From assembly GCA_963695875.1 (NCBI GenBank), contig CAVOID010000003.1, positions 160,001-224,000 of the forward strand: a stretch of DNA of 64,000 nt, given 5' to 3'. Positions 45,001-55,785 of the stretch are shown one piece after another. The stretch is from an uncultured delta proteobacterium (GTDB lineage Bacteria; Desulfobacterota; Syntrophia; Syntrophales; UBA2185). Numbering within the stretch: the stretch's first letter is position 1; the number at the start of each line of letters is the position of its first letter. Position numbers and translations under genes: made by a program. The notes beneath the pieces were generated by a model. It was not told the DNA's origin. It made no database searches and saw nothing but the letters and a program-made list of their open reading frames with translations.

Positions 45001-47444
45001 AAAACATACTTGTCCGTCAAACTGCGGCACTAGCTCTGGGTCAGGCCTATCCCCCCCTTATCAAACGGGGAAAAGATGTAAGCTTAAACGTACTGAAAGA
45101 AAGATTGGATGATGATGACTGGTCTGTCCGTCAGGCTACATCACAGTCCCTGGGACGGATCTGGTTTCACAGCTATTACCAGGGGAAGATGGACTTAAAA
45201 GATATAGAAGAAAAACTGGATGACATAAGCTGGTCTGTCCGCCAGGCCGCATGCCAGACATTGGGTCAGATATACCCTGCGCTTATCAAGCAGGGGAAAA
45301 ATGTAAACTTAAAAAAATTGGAAGAAAGGCTATGGGATGCGGATGTGGACAGGTCCGTATGCCAGGCCGCGGCTCAGGCCCTGGGCCGGATTTGGCCGCA
45401 CAGCTATAACCGGAAGAAGATAACCTTTAAGGCATTGGAAGAACGATTAAAGGATGACAACTGGTTTGTCCACCAGGCCGCAGCCTTAGCGTTAGTAAAG
45501 ATACACCATACCCTTGTCCAACAGGGGAATGATGCGGACTTAAGCAAACTGGAAAGAAGATTGAAGGATAAGATCTGGTCTGTCCGTCAGGCCGCAGCAC
45601 GGGCTTCCATAAAAACCTTTTCCGATCTCATATCGAACAATGAAAAAGAATTCAGCAAGGTCTTGGCCTCATTCAATGAGATGCTGGGCGAGCCAATGGA
45701 AAGCATCCTCACAGGCACTCATGCCAACCAGGTTCAAGTCGGCGAGAAGTCGTTAACGGTGGGCAATCTACTTTTTGACAGAACAAAAAGCATCGATGAT
45801 ATACCTGCCTGCGTGATGACGGCATCCGGCTATCACATTATAGAAACGTTATGTATCGGCTACCTGTTGAAACACTCTATCTTGCTCCTGGGTCCCACAT
45901 CAACGGGAAAGAGTTTCCTGATTAAATGGCTGGCGAAGGTATTGGGCTACGAGCACCTCTCGTATTCCATCAACCCCTATACCTCCAAGTTTGAAATAAT
46001 CGGCGGCATTAAACCGGATAGCGAAGGAAGATTCGTCTGGCAGGATGGGATTCTTTTGAATGCGGCAAGAGAGGGTCTATGGCTGGCCCTGGAAGAGATA
46101 AACCTGGCATCTTCTGAAGTTGTTGAGATATTGAATGATTATTTGATTACGGGAAAGATATCCTATTCAGCGAATGGGGAGCAGAAGGAATTGTATCCCC
46201 ATCAGGACTTCAGGCTCTTTGCCACCGGGAATCCTGAAAGTTACAGCCAGCGGCAGAAACTCTCGGAGGTTTTTTTATCAAGGTTTAAAATCCTCTATCA
46301 AAAAGAGCTTTCCGAGGAGGAGTTGTCCCAGATACTGAGTTCCTTATTCGAAATCTCTTCTTCTTTAGCCCTTCCGATTGCGAGATTCCATACGACCTTG
46401 CAGAATCAGGCGGATAGCCGCATCATCGGCAAAGCGGAAAAAGACCCGTATACTTTTACCCTCAGGGATATCATCAGGCTGGGTAAGAGACTGGAGCCGA
46501 TTCTCGCAAAGGGACCAGTGGATGGGGCATACCTTATGAGATTTTTCCTCGAGTTCTTCAGCGTCTATATCGGCAGGCTGAGGGATGAATATGAAAGAGA
46601 AGCGGTGATCAGCTTATTGGATACTCATTTTGGTTTCAGAGCTAAGGGACTGGATCTGGAAGCAGTGCTCATGTCTTCGTCCGAAGACCTGAAAGTCTTA
46701 CTTGAAACATTACCGTCCTCACAGGGGGGAGAATTTGTTCCAAGGGATGACGCGGACATTATACCTACACCGACACAAAGGAGAACCCTCTATTTGATCC
46801 TGAAAGCCCTCATACACAATGAGCCGGTTCTTGTGGTGGGAAATCCTGCCTCCGGAAAAACTACACTTATTAGATATTTGGCAAGGCAAAAGAAGACCAA
46901 CCTCTATTATGTCAACCTCTCCTCCGATACAGGACTGGAAGAACTCCTTGGCGGTTATACACAAGACAAGAGCGGAAGATGGCACTACAGAAAAGGGCTT
47001 CTGTTTTCGGCAATGGAGGAGGGGAGTTGGCTCTTGATCGATGAAGCGAATCTGTCTCCCTTATCGGAATACTTGAACAGCCTCCTCGACTTTGGCTATG
47101 TAATTGATGGAGAAGAAAATATCTGCTATTCCCATCCTAACTTCAGGGTATTCCTGGCCATAAATCCGCCCTCTGTGCATCAATCAAGAAATCTGCTTTC
47201 CCCCGCCTTGAGGTCACGGTTCACCGAGGTCTGGGTTGAAGAGTTGACTAATTTGGGAGAACTCGCCGGTTTAATTGATACCTGGGGTAACTCTCACGGT
47301 GTAGTATCTGGAACCCATGAGCGGAAGAAAGGCAAAAAACGCAAGGGTCGTGAGGAAAAAACTCCTGAGGATGAAAAGACAGTAAAAAAAGCCGAACAAA
47401 AGGAGTTTGCATCCTTCAAGCGATATACCCACTTTTCAACGTGA
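42036..47444 (+). CDS. 1802-aa HExxH - VWA(MIDAS) - HEAT repeat - tandem midasin/MoxR-like AAA+ protein
   Basis: HEAGH (42312); DESAS...T...TDG MIDAS (43431-43740); about 10 HEAT-like repeats (44526-45630); Walker A GPTSTGKS (45891) and GNPASGKT (46839); Walker B LALEE and LLIDE. Confidence 0.9.
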   Translation: MRYTIETKDEDLRAKCIEELARKRGLDEIEALAIDDRLLTLIKIISTGLGEDVNLNIVPGDRWKYNAETNEIIFPVELLLTSSPEEIIGFSAHEAGHRQISRHNLRKAAFKRFFSKEYLRLLLNAFEDSRVDNWLISFYKGIKHYLDITYDDLLPRNLNTSTYVNHLRGEIAERANTTCHPFLLYPNLEYLLGMRYYWRYGRLPSQVMNPEVNVALKRTHGDFDEIFNHYPAGRVSELERMQFAEEAAILVRDKILPEYENLVRMTIEKLVDEIKNNQIQIKQKKCAQEDLSPSELEEEARKLLELNAKELANRFSPKTEKQITRKLDNYRKGASEEKETLVEGGESQEERKLESLPAETLRDLIKKQRIINREQDAKISEYERVYKLISNLVQALSGVLENHFSKNKRPAFKGYFPSGQKPDLKRAMELSRKLSEGIPVQEKDLKVFLKRRLPTQRDHKIVLALDESASMEEPKRTSALAGLLVFMEALDHIGIDYAVIGFSDSPVMHKDFGRKLTPPDRRLLFEEVSMYIPGGSTADADTLQLATNILKDQPEDSSRWIIMVTDGEGNVNTTGKTFFELQKEALDQKIEVLGVGLGEEVTEVIKRYKSGIQIDDVEKLPSVVSDILEEKLVTQDVLWENFLTPQHGGKSAEAMTSPSLPQDLSELLASIYLHQKQHIPTFNVRHLKRASELLGFLLSRGYPTKEGFGRSLKYAFIDTQEQPQRVRNLLLGELTDIQRILSDFTPQDVPQDLLRASSHAEVPVASIPHDLAPLLDIIMKNNSHPHIEQALSLLKELISSSDLAFVCIPGLEACFRVIQDELIKEITIEELEKKLEDKSWAVRQPAALALGRVYLALIKQGKDAELSTLEKGLNDEDPTVCRAAAQALSRIWYHDYRKGKITVAELEHRLEDTNWAIRQTAVRTLGKIYPALVKQGNDIDISKLEEGLWNKNWFVRQAESEALGQIYPALIKQGIGVDLSRLEDKLKDKNILVRQTAALALGQAYPPLIKRGKDVSLNVLKERLDDDDWSVRQATSQSLGRIWFHSYYQGKMDLKDIEEKLDDISWSVRQAACQTLGQIYPALIKQGKNVNLKKLEERLWDADVDRSVCQAAAQALGRIWPHSYNRKKITFKALEERLKDDNWFVHQAAALALVKIHHTLVQQGNDADLSKLERRLKDKIWSVRQAAARASIKTFSDLISNNEKEFSKVLASFNEMLGEPMESILTGTHANQVQVGEKSLTVGNLLFDRTKSIDDIPACVMTASGYHIIETLCIGYLLKHSILLLGPTSTGKSFLIKWLAKVLGYEHLSYSINPYTSKFEIIGGIKPDSEGRFVWQDGILLNAAREGLWLALEEINLASSEVVEILNDYLITGKISYSANGEQKELYPHQDFRLFATGNPESYSQRQKLSEVFLSRFKILYQKELSEEELSQILSSLFEISSSLALPIARFHTTLQNQADSRIIGKAEKDPYTFTLRDIIRLGKRLEPILAKGPVDGAYLMRFFLEFFSVYIGRLRDEYEREAVISLLDTHFGFRAKGLDLEAVLMSSSEDLKVLLETLPSSQGGEFVPRDDADIIPTPTQRRTLYLILKALIHNEPVLVVGNPASGKTTLIRYLARQKKTNLYYVNLSSDTGLEELLGGYTQDKSGRWHYRKGLLFSAMEEGSWLLIDEANLSPLSEYLNSLLDFGYVIDGEENICYSHPNFRVFLAINPPSVHQSRNLLSPALRSRFTEVWVEELTNLGELAGLIDTWGNSHGVVSGTHERKKGKKRKGREEKTPEDEKTVKKAEQKEFASFKRYTHFST
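44526..45630 (+). repeat. About 10 tandem HEAT-like coding repeats (37-39 aa)
   Basis: Consensus LEexLxDxxWxVRQaAaxALGxI(YPALIKQG / WxHxYxxGK); GTCCGCCAGGCCG-like DNA recurs. Confidence 0.9.
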
Positions 47445-47496
47445 TGGGAAGAGCACTTTAAAAATCTTTCTTTAACAGCACTAGCATGAAAATGGC

Positions 47497-47612
47497 TGTC
47501 ACTCTTCGATAGGCTCAGGGTGACCATGCGTTTTCACGCCGACGTGGTGTCACCTCTTACTTTGGACAAGAATTAATTTTATAACCCCCTTTGGAAAAGG
47601 GGGCTGGGGGAT
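47497..47612. repeat. Cluster of REP-like elements
   Basis: TGTCACTCTTCGATAGGCTCAGGGTGAC and TTTCACGCCGACGTGGTGTCA (compare 24105-24125), plus the hairpin CCCCCTTT-GGA-AAAGGGGG. Confidence 0.6.
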
Positions 47613-47626
47613 TTTGTGGCAATAGT

Positions 47627-48403
47627 ATGAGAACAATGCTCCCAGCAGGTGAAATAGCACGGCGCCTCCATGACATCGTGTTCCAGAAGGGAGAAGACCT
47701 TACGGTCGAAGAAGTACATGTCGGCCTCGGTTACGTTGGGGTAAGACTTGACAACGACGGCATGGGCCTTGCAGCCCTGTTACTTCACGAGATATCGCCG
47801 GGCTGTTCTGTTATTCCCGAAGCCGGAAAGTTAGCCGGAGAAAAGGCAACCTCTCTTCTCAATAAACTTATAGAAGGACAGAATCCCCTGGATAAAGCCC
47901 TCGGCCTTGCTACTGCTAATGCCGCCCTTCATCCCACATCTATTCAAGACGAAAGAGACTCCCTCTCTATCATGAGGCTGACGCCTGACGACCATGTGGC
48001 AATGGTCGGACTCTTCACGCCGATGGTTCCGAAGATCGAGGCGACAGGGGTAAAACTTTCTGTCATTGAGCGAAACCCCGCGCGGATGGCAGTTCTTGAT
48101 AAGAAAGAGACTGGCAGGATATTAAATGAGTGCACCGTAGCCATCATTACAGCAACCACACTCCTGAATGATACCCTGGAAGAGATTCTCAATGGCCTGG
48201 GGAATCCCCGGCATGTCGCCATCCTCGGCCCATCCACCCCTCTCTGCCCTGATATCTTTCAGGGAACGCAGGTCAACCATCTGGGGGGGTCTGTAGTCCG
48301 GGATGCTTATAAAGTCATGCGGATCATCTCCGAAGGCGGCGGCACCCCGGCCATGCGGCCCTACTTGCAATTCGTGAACATCCTCCTTCCCAAAACTTCT
48401 TGA
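47627..48403 (+). CDS. DUF364 / Rossmann-like domain protein
   Basis: GLGYVGV, ALGLATANA, VAMVGLF, ITATTLLNDT, LGPSTP. Confidence 0.75.
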   Translation: MRTMLPAGEIARRLHDIVFQKGEDLTVEEVHVGLGYVGVRLDNDGMGLAALLLHEISPGCSVIPEAGKLAGEKATSLLNKLIEGQNPLDKALGLATANAALHPTSIQDERDSLSIMRLTPDDHVAMVGLFTPMVPKIEATGVKLSVIERNPARMAVLDKKETGRILNECTVAIITATTLLNDTLEEILNGLGNPRHVAILGPSTPLCPDIFQGTQVNHLGGSVVRDAYKVMRIISEGGGTPAMRPYLQFVNILLPKTS

Positions 48404-48435
48404 CATCAAATAGGAAATAAATCGCGGGCAAACGG

Positions 48436-49104
48436 ATGAGGGTCATAAACAAATACAGAAAAATCATATTCCATACAACTATACTGACCATCATCCTTGG
48501 TACGTTATTGGCGCCTGTCACCGCTTCGCCGGAATCCGGATGGAAGCTCGCATTGCAGAAGGACGGTATTGAAGTCTCCACAAGAGGTGTTCCCGGTTCG
48601 GATTTAGATGAGTTCATGGGTACGACGGTAATCGAGGCATCGGTCAATGTCATCGAGGCGGTAATTGATGATGTGCCGGCAGCACCTCAATGGATGGCGG
48701 ATTGCAGAGAAGCGAGGACTATCCGCAAAATAGACGAAAACGTAAGCGTGGTGTTAAACGTAACGAAGACGCCCTGGCCGGTGTATGACAGAGAAACTCT
48801 TTTGATATCGACGAAGCAAAAGGATGCGAAGGCAGAGACGGTGATATTTGAATTTCATTCCGTAAATGATCCCGCTGTCCCTGTAGGAAAGAAGAATGTC
48901 AGGATTCCGGCGATTGACGGTCGATGGGTTTTAACCGCTGTCGACGAAGGGCACACAGAAGTCACTTATACCGTAAAGTCCAACCCAGGTGGCTCTATAC
49001 CCAAATTCATTGCCAAACAGAGGAGCAGGGATATTCCCTACAAAACCTTGTTGGGTTTAAAGGAAATGGTCAAGAAAGATAAATATAAAGAGACAACTAA
49101 ATAA
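48436..49104 (+). CDS. Secreted START/SRPBCC lipid-binding domain protein
   Basis: Signal peptide; WKLALQKDGIEV, PWPVYDR, NPGGSIP. Confidence 0.8.
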   Translation: MRVINKYRKIIFHTTILTIILGTLLAPVTASPESGWKLALQKDGIEVSTRGVPGSDLDEFMGTTVIEASVNVIEAVIDDVPAAPQWMADCREARTIRKIDENVSVVLNVTKTPWPVYDRETLLISTKQKDAKAETVIFEFHSVNDPAVPVGKKNVRIPAIDGRWVLTAVDEGHTEVTYTVKSNPGGSIPKFIAKQRSRDIPYKTLLGLKEMVKKDKYKETTK

Positions 49105-49401
49105 CAAATACCAAGCTTCAAAGCCGCTCATCGGAAAATTCATTGAATTCCTTTTGCCATGTCCGGCGAGGAGATGAGGAATGAACCTAACTGCCCTTGT
49201 TTCAATTCCAACGCAGATAACAGAAGGCTCAAGCGTTGCCAATGCAAAGGGTTACATCCTGTCGCTCGCTCTGCATAATTGTCTCATCTAAGCAAAGTTG
49301 TTTCTTGGCAAGTGAACGTTACACGCGCTTTTCTTATCCCATCTTTCCTGAAACAAATAGTCGATACCTGGCGTGCCAATATTCAAGCTGGCCTGCCCCC
49401 C

Positions 49402-50817
49402 TCAATGATGGACGACCTTATTGTCCGCCTCTATGACCCAGCCGCCGCCTATCGCCTTGTAAAGGTTCACGAGAGACTGGAAGAGAACTCCTGTCGTTTG
49501 AGCCCGGGCAAGTTCCGCATCGAAAAGGCTGCGCTCCGCATCAAGCACCTCGATGTAGCTTGTGTAGCCGTTTTCAAATCTCAGACGCGCGAAGCGAGCG
49601 TAGGTGAGCAGAGATTCGACCTGCCGCGTCTGGATCTCAAGCCCTTCCCGTGACCTCCTCTGGTCAATAAGGGCGTCTTCGACTTCACGAAAGGCCGTCT
49701 GGATGGATTGCTGATACTGAAGGAGGGCCTGCCGCTGTATCGCCTCAGCCGCTTCGACCTGTCCGCCAATGGCGCCTGCTGTGAAGATCGGCACATTCAG
49801 AGGAACGTTCCAGCTCCAGACTCTGGATGGTCCCTGGAAGAGTGTTGAGAGGTCCGTGCTCGCGAATCCAAACATGCCGGTCAGAGAAATCGTCGGAAAA
49901 TAGAGTGACCGTGCCACACCGATTCTCGCATTGGCCGCTATGAGGACCTGCTCGGCCTGTCGTATATCCGGACGCTTGGCAAGCAAGTCTGACGGCAGGC
50001 CTGCCGGCACGGCGGGAAGTACAAGCTCATCAATCTTCTTCCCTCGTGGAATAGAACCCGGATTTCGTCCGATAAGCACACTCAGTGCATTTTCTTGTTG
50101 GCTAATGGCCTTTTCGAGAAACGGGATGATTGCGAGGGCCTGCTCATACAGTGATTTGACCTGGCTCAGTTCGAGTTCGGAGATGACACCACCCCGGAAA
50201 CGCAACTGGAAAAGGTCATAAGACTCCTTGCGGCTCTGTGCGGTGCGTCTGGCAATCTCAAGTTGTTTGTCAAGGTCGCGAAGATTCACATAGGCGCTTG
50301 CCACAGACGCTACAAGAGTAAGGATAACACCCTTTCGTCCCTCTTCCTGACTCAGTAGATCGGCACGGGACGCCTCCGTTGCCCTCCTCAGCTTGCCCCA
50401 CAGGTCGATTTCCCAGCTCGCATTCAGGAAGGCGGAATAGTTGTCCGCGGGGTTCTGAGTGGCGGATGTGAGGGCAGTTGCGCCGTTTTCTGTGGCCCTG
50501 CTTCTGCCCCCAATTGCTCCTGCGCCGGCCTGGGGAAAAAGGGAGGCGCGGGTTATACCATATCGGCCTACAAACTCTTCAACGCGTGCCGTGGCGATCA
50601 TGACATCCTTATTCTCTTTCAATGCCGTTTGAATCAGTTCATTCAGGACGGGATCATTGAATTGCTCCCACCATGCGGTATTGCCGATCTCTCTTGCTTC
50701 TTTTTCTTCAAAGCGCCAGGATGCAGGCGTCTCGACAGTCGGTCTCCGGTAGTCCGGGCCCATCATGCAGCCGAAAAGGATAATTGCCAGTAGCGGGCAG
50801 ACGACAATGTTACGCAT
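49402..50817 (-). CDS. RND efflux outer-membrane lipoprotein (OprM/NodT family)
   Basis: Lipobox [31 protein letters not shown]. Confidence 0.92.
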   Translation of the reverse strand: MRNIVVCPLLAIILFGCMMGPDYRRPTVETPASWRFEEKEAREIGNTAWWEQFNDPVLNELIQTALKENKDVMIATARVEEFVGRYGITRASLFPQAGAGAIGGRSRATENGATALTSATQNPADNYSAFLNASWEIDLWGKLRRATEASRADLLSQEEGRKGVILTLVASVASAYVNLRDLDKQLEIARRTAQSRKESYDLFQLRFRGGVISELELSQVKSLYEQALAIIPFLEKAISQQENALSVLIGRNPGSIPRGKKIDELVLPAVPAGLPSDLLAKRPDIRQAEQVLIAANARIGVARSLYFPTISLTGMFGFASTDLSTLFQGPSRVWSWNVPLNVPIFTAGAIGGQVEAAEAIQRQALLQYQQSIQTAFREVEDALIDQRRSREGLEIQTRQVESLLTYARFARLRFENGYTSYIEVLDAERSLFDAELARAQTTGVLFQSLVNLYKAIGGGWVIEADNKVVHH

Positions 50818-53800
50818 TGTTATTTTCCTTGCTCTCCCGGCGATCATCTTTTTTGCTCCTGCGGGAGAGAGTCATGACGACATAGAATGTCACGGGAATG
50901 AGAAAGACGGCGATCAGCGATGCAGTCAATGTCCCGCCCATGACGGCGGTTCCCATGATCTGCCGTGCAGTCGCGCCTGCGCCCGTGGATACGGCGAGGG
51001 GCAAGACACCGAACAGGAAAGCAAAGGATGTCATAAGGATCGGCCTGAGTCTCAGCCGCGCTCCCTCGAGGGCGGCGTCGGTAATGGACATCCCCTCTTC
51101 ATATTTCGCTTTCGCGAACTCAACTATGAGGATGGCATTCTTGGCAGTTAGACCGATAAGCACGATGAGGGCGATCTGGGCATAGATATTGTTCACCTGG
51201 CTGCGAAGCCATATCGCTATGAAGGCGCCGAAAACGGCTATGGGCGTGCTCAGAAGAACGCTGACAGGCAGCGACCAGCTTTCATACAGCGCCGCAAGGA
51301 TTAGAAAGACGCACAAGAGCGAAAACCCGAAGATGACGTACGTCGGTATTCCTTCCTGGGCCTTCTTTTCCTGGAAGCTCATGCCCATGTAATCGAGACC
51401 CATTTCGCTCGGCATTGTCTGGGCAAAGACTTCTTCGAGGGCCTTCATCGCCTGGCCGGAGCTATAACCGGGTTTGGCCGTGGCGTTGATCTGTGCCGAG
51501 CGATAAAGGTTGTACCGCATCGTAAATTCGGGACCGGAGCGCGATTCAATCGTCGTTACCGCCGAGAGCGGCACAGGATCCCCTCTTTCGTTTTGAACGA
51601 AGAACTGCCCTACCTTTTCGGCCTTGTTGCGGTATTCTCCCTCCGCCTGGACATAGACCTGCCATTGACGGCCGAATCGGTTGAAGTAATTTACGAAGTA
51701 TCCCCCCATGAAGGTCTGAAGCGTCTGGTACACCTGTCTCAAATCGATGCCCTGCTTGAGCACTTTGTCCCTGTCCACATTGATGAAGATCTGAGGAACA
51801 CCGGGCAGGAAGGTCGTCGTCACACGCTCCAGTTCCGGCCTCTGGCGCGCAGCCTCGAGAAATTTGTTGACGTTCTCCGCGAGATAGGGAATATCCTTGC
51901 CGGCCCTGTCTTCAAGAACAAGAGTTACACCGCCTGCGGTGCCGATCCCCGGGATGGCCGGGGGTGAAAAGGCAAAGGCAATCCCTTCCGGCAATTTGCC
52001 AAGTTCCCGATTCAGATGGGCCATGATGGCCTCGTACTGCTCCTCAGGCTTTTCCCGATCTTTCCACTCTTTCAGGTTTACAAAGAAGAAACCGCTGTAG
52101 GTGTTCTGCACAATGCTCAGCAGGCTCACGCCGACGACAGTCGTGTAGTATTTCACTCCGGGCGTGTTTGCAAGGATCTCCTCGATCTTTCTGCAAGCCG
52201 CGTCGGTACGCTGTAGCGAGGCTGCATCGGGCAGGGCCAGATTAATGAACATATACCCCTGATCTTCTTCCGGCAGGAAGCCTGCGGGAATCCCCTTGCC
52301 GAATGCCGGCGGAAACGACCGTGATCCCGGCAAGGAAGAGAAGGCTGAGGACGCTCTTGCGGATGAGCGTGCCCGAGAAGGAGACATAGCCGTTGGTGGC
52401 ACGGCCAAAGGCGCGGTTGAAAAGGCTGAAGAATTTTCCGAGCGGTCCCTGCGAATCCGACTTCGGCTTGAGCAAGAGTGCGCACAGCGCCGGGCTTAAG
52501 GACAGCGCATTAAATGTCGAGATGAGAACCGAGATGGCGATTGTCGCGGCAAACTGCTGGTAGAGCCGGCCCGTAATCCCCGGTATAAAGATTGTGGGGA
52601 TGAAAACCGCAGACAGGACCAGCGCAATGGCTATCATCGGCCCTGATACTTCTTCCATTGTCTTGAGTGCCGCCTCTTTCGGAGCCATGCCCTTCCTCCA
52701 TGTGCCGTTCCACCGCCTCCACCACGATGATGGCGTTATCCACAACCAGTCCTATGGCGAGAACCAGGCCGAAGATGGACAGGGTATTGATTGAGAAGCC
52801 GAGATAAGGGGAAGAAGGCAAACGTGCCGATGAGGGAGACCGGAACTGCAAGTGTTGGAATGAGGGTCGGCCTCCAGCCCTGAAGAAAGATGAAGACGAC
52901 GATGATGACGAGGATTATGGCGATGAAGAGCGTCTTGACAATCTCATGTATTCCTTCGGTGATTGCCCTTGTCGTGTCGAGACCGAGCGCATAGTCGAGA
53001 TCGGCGGGAAAGCGCTCCTTGGCCTCTTCCATTATCTTTCTGGCGCCTTGGGCAGCCGCTATCGCATTCGTCCCGGGCAACTGGTAGACGGCGATATTGG
53101 CGGCCGGTTTGCCGTTCAGCCTGCCCCTGATGTTATAAACCTGCGTCCCCAGATCAATGCGGGCCACGTCTTTCAGGCGGACAATCGATCCGTCAGGGTT
53201 GGCCCGGATAACGATCTCGCCGAATTCCTGCTCGGAGATGAGGCGGCCCTGGGCGCGAACCGCATAAGTAAATTCCTGCCCCGGAGGGACAGGCTCAGCG
53301 CCGATCTGCCCGGCAGGATTGACCGCATTCTGCTTCTGGACGGCATCGATGATCTGAGGGACGGTGATGCCGAGTTTTGCCAGGGTATCGGGCTTGACCC
53401 AGATGCGTATGGCAGTACTGGCCTGCCCCGAAGATCGAAACCATGGCGACGCCGGGGACGCGCAGCAACTGGTCGCTGAGATTGATATAGGCATAATTTG
53501 AAAGAAAAGTTGCATCATGTGTTGCATTCGGTGAATACAGGGAGAAGATCATCAACGGCGCAAACCTGGATTTCTGGACCGTGACTCCGTAATTGCGCAC
53601 GTCTAGCGGAAGCATCGGCTCGGCCTGATTCTGCCGTATCTGAGTAAGAACCTGGTCTGTATTCGGATTGGTCGCGACGTCGAAAGATACGATGATCCTC
53701 ATGATGCCGATGTTGGAGTTCAGGGAAAACATGTAATTCATGTTGTCCACGCCGCTCATCTGCTGCTCGATGGGGGTGGCAACCGACTGCTCCACCGTCA

Positions 53801-53963
53801 ACGCATCGGCGCCCATATACATGGTGTTGATCTGGATCTCCGGCGGGACGATTTCAGGAAATTGTGAGACGGGCAATTGCACGAGCGCGACGGTCCCGAT
53901 AATGACAAACATGATGGATATGACCATGGCAACGATGGGACGGTTGATAAAGAACTTTGCCAC
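50810..53963 (-). CDS. RND efflux permease (AcrB/HAE1 family), several frameshifts
   Basis: [41 protein letters not shown] over 5 ORFs. Confidence 0.92.
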
Positions 53964-53969
53964 GCCGGT

Positions 53970-55184
53970 CTACCTCTTCTCCGCCTCGGGTTGAGCCGGC
54001 GGTGTTGCCTCGGTCTTCTGCGCTTGACCGGTCGCTGGCTGAGGTTCGGATCCATAGGGGATCGGATTTACGATCATGCCCTGCCTGACCTTCTGGACAC
54101 CTTCTGCCACGACCCGCTCTCCCGGTCTTCAGCCCTTCATCAATCACCCAGAGGTCATCAACACGTTCAGCCACTTTTACCGGCCGTATATCCACTTTGT
54201 TATTCGCGACCCACCACTGCAACCTGGATAGCTGCCCTGAAGCTCCGTGACCGCCCGCTGGGGTACCAGCAGCGCTTTTTTGATCTTGATCCTGGCGCGA
54301 ATCTTGGCAAATTGTCCGGGCCGAAGAATATTTCCGGGATTCTTGAAGAGGGCGGCCACTCTGATGGTTCCTGTCTTCACGTCCACCTGGCGGTCGGCAA
54401 AGGCAAACTTCCCCTTGTAAGGATAGACACTTCCATCGGAGAGAATCATCTCCAGCGGGTTGTCCTTGAAACCGTTCGGCCTTCTGCCCGTCGCTATGAG
54501 ATATTCCTGCTCACCATACGGAGATGTAGACCTTGATAGGGTCGACTGTCGAGACCGTTGTCAGTTCCTCTATCGACTCCGGGACCGACCAGGTTCCCGA
54601 TCTGCGTCTTGGCGATGCCGGCGATGCCGTCAATGGGAGAAACGATCTTTGTGAAGTCAAGGTCCAGCCTGGCTTTCTCAACCACTGCCTCTGCAGAAAT
54701 CACCGCAGCATGGGCTGCCTGTTCCTGCCCTGTCGGCATCATCCAGGTCTTTTTTGCTGACGGCATTTTGTTCCGCGAGCGGTATGATCCTGGTCAGATT
54801 TGCCTTGGCCGTCGACCAGCGCGCCTTCTGCTCGCCCAGTTGCCCTTTAGCCTGATCGAGGGCAGCCTGAAAAGTGCGCGGATCAATCTCGAAGAGGATC
54901 TGTCCCTTCCTGACGAAATCGCCTTCATGGTAGTTCTGCTTGATGAGGTAGCCCTGAACCTGGGCACGGATCACGGCATTTACCATGCCGTCAGTAGTGC
55001 CGATCCATTCAGAATACATGGGGACATTTTTCTGGGCGACGTCCGCGACTTGCACGGTGGGTGGGGGATTGTTGCCTTTTTGTTCTCTATTGCAGCCCGA
55101 TATAAGGAAAGAGACCGAGCTAACGGCTACTATTACAAGAACACAAGCATGGCGTAATTTTGTTTTTTTATCTTTCATTGACAT
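53970..55184 (-). CDS. RND membrane-fusion protein (AcrA family), frameshifted
   Basis: Lipobox ISG-C, IRAQVQGYL, GQILFEIDP, IVSPIDG, TGTI...LRPGQF, LLVPQRAV. Confidence 0.9.
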
Positions 55185-55270
55185 AAAAAATTCCTCAATG
55201 CCTCTCTCTCGGACTGGAAAGATGTAATTTCAGGATTGAACTTTGTGCAAGTTCCCATAGGCATATTATC

Positions 55271-55385
55271 GAATCCGGCAGCGAGCGCATGCCCCTTGGC
55301 TTGCTGCGGGGTAAGCGAGCGAATGGGGAACATTATTATTCCTTGTGGATCGAAGATTCTTCGCAGTTTACTGCGGAGAGCTTCA
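55271..55385. repeat. REP/MITE-like dispersed repeat, copy 2
   Basis: Colinear with 19332-19443; hairpins CCCC...GGGG and CGCAG-TTTA-CTGCG. Confidence 0.75.
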
Positions 55386-55629
55386 ATTGATCAGAATGAT
55401 TGTTAAGAGCCGCCTTTTTAAATGTGGGGAGTATATTTGAACGTGTTCTTATATGTCAAGACAATTTGGCTGCAGACCGCAGTGGGTAACGATGTCAGGT
55501 TTAGTAATCACGGTATTATCCTGTCACGCATCGCAGTTCTAAAAGTATTTGTCCGATGATTGAATTCATTGACTTTGGATTGAAAGATGTTAAAATTTGA
55601 CAGTGTATTTTGTCTTTACGTAAAATGCG

Positions 55630-55785
55630 ACATAATGATTGTGGCGCGCCAATGGACCCAGCAGGTTATTTGGTCGATCCACGAGCCCATCTCACTCAAG
55701 GCGGGCATCAATCCTGAGGTGATCAAGGCGCTTGCCGATGGCCGTCGTCCTGTTGGCATGGATGAGGACGAAGATATCCTTTTGG
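55630..55785 (+). pseudogene. Fragment of a carboxymuconolactone decarboxylase/AhpD-like gene
   Basis: IMIVARQWTQQVIWSIHEPISLKAGINPEVIKALADGRRPVGMDEDE resembles the middle of CMD-family proteins; the flanks look non-coding. Confidence 0.55.

Noticed and set aside
42036..47444. Calling the giant gene a true midasin orthologue or eukaryotic contamination
   Set aside because: It has only two AAA modules in reversed domain order, no introns, and bacterial promoters and neighbours.
49199..49235. GTTTCAATTCC resembling a CRISPR repeat start (also scattered TTGAAAC)
   Set aside because: Single copy, no regular repeat-spacer spacing, no cas genes.
50810..55184. RND operon as pseudogenes
   Set aside because: All motifs are intact and the breaks look like indels, the same pattern seen in essential genes.
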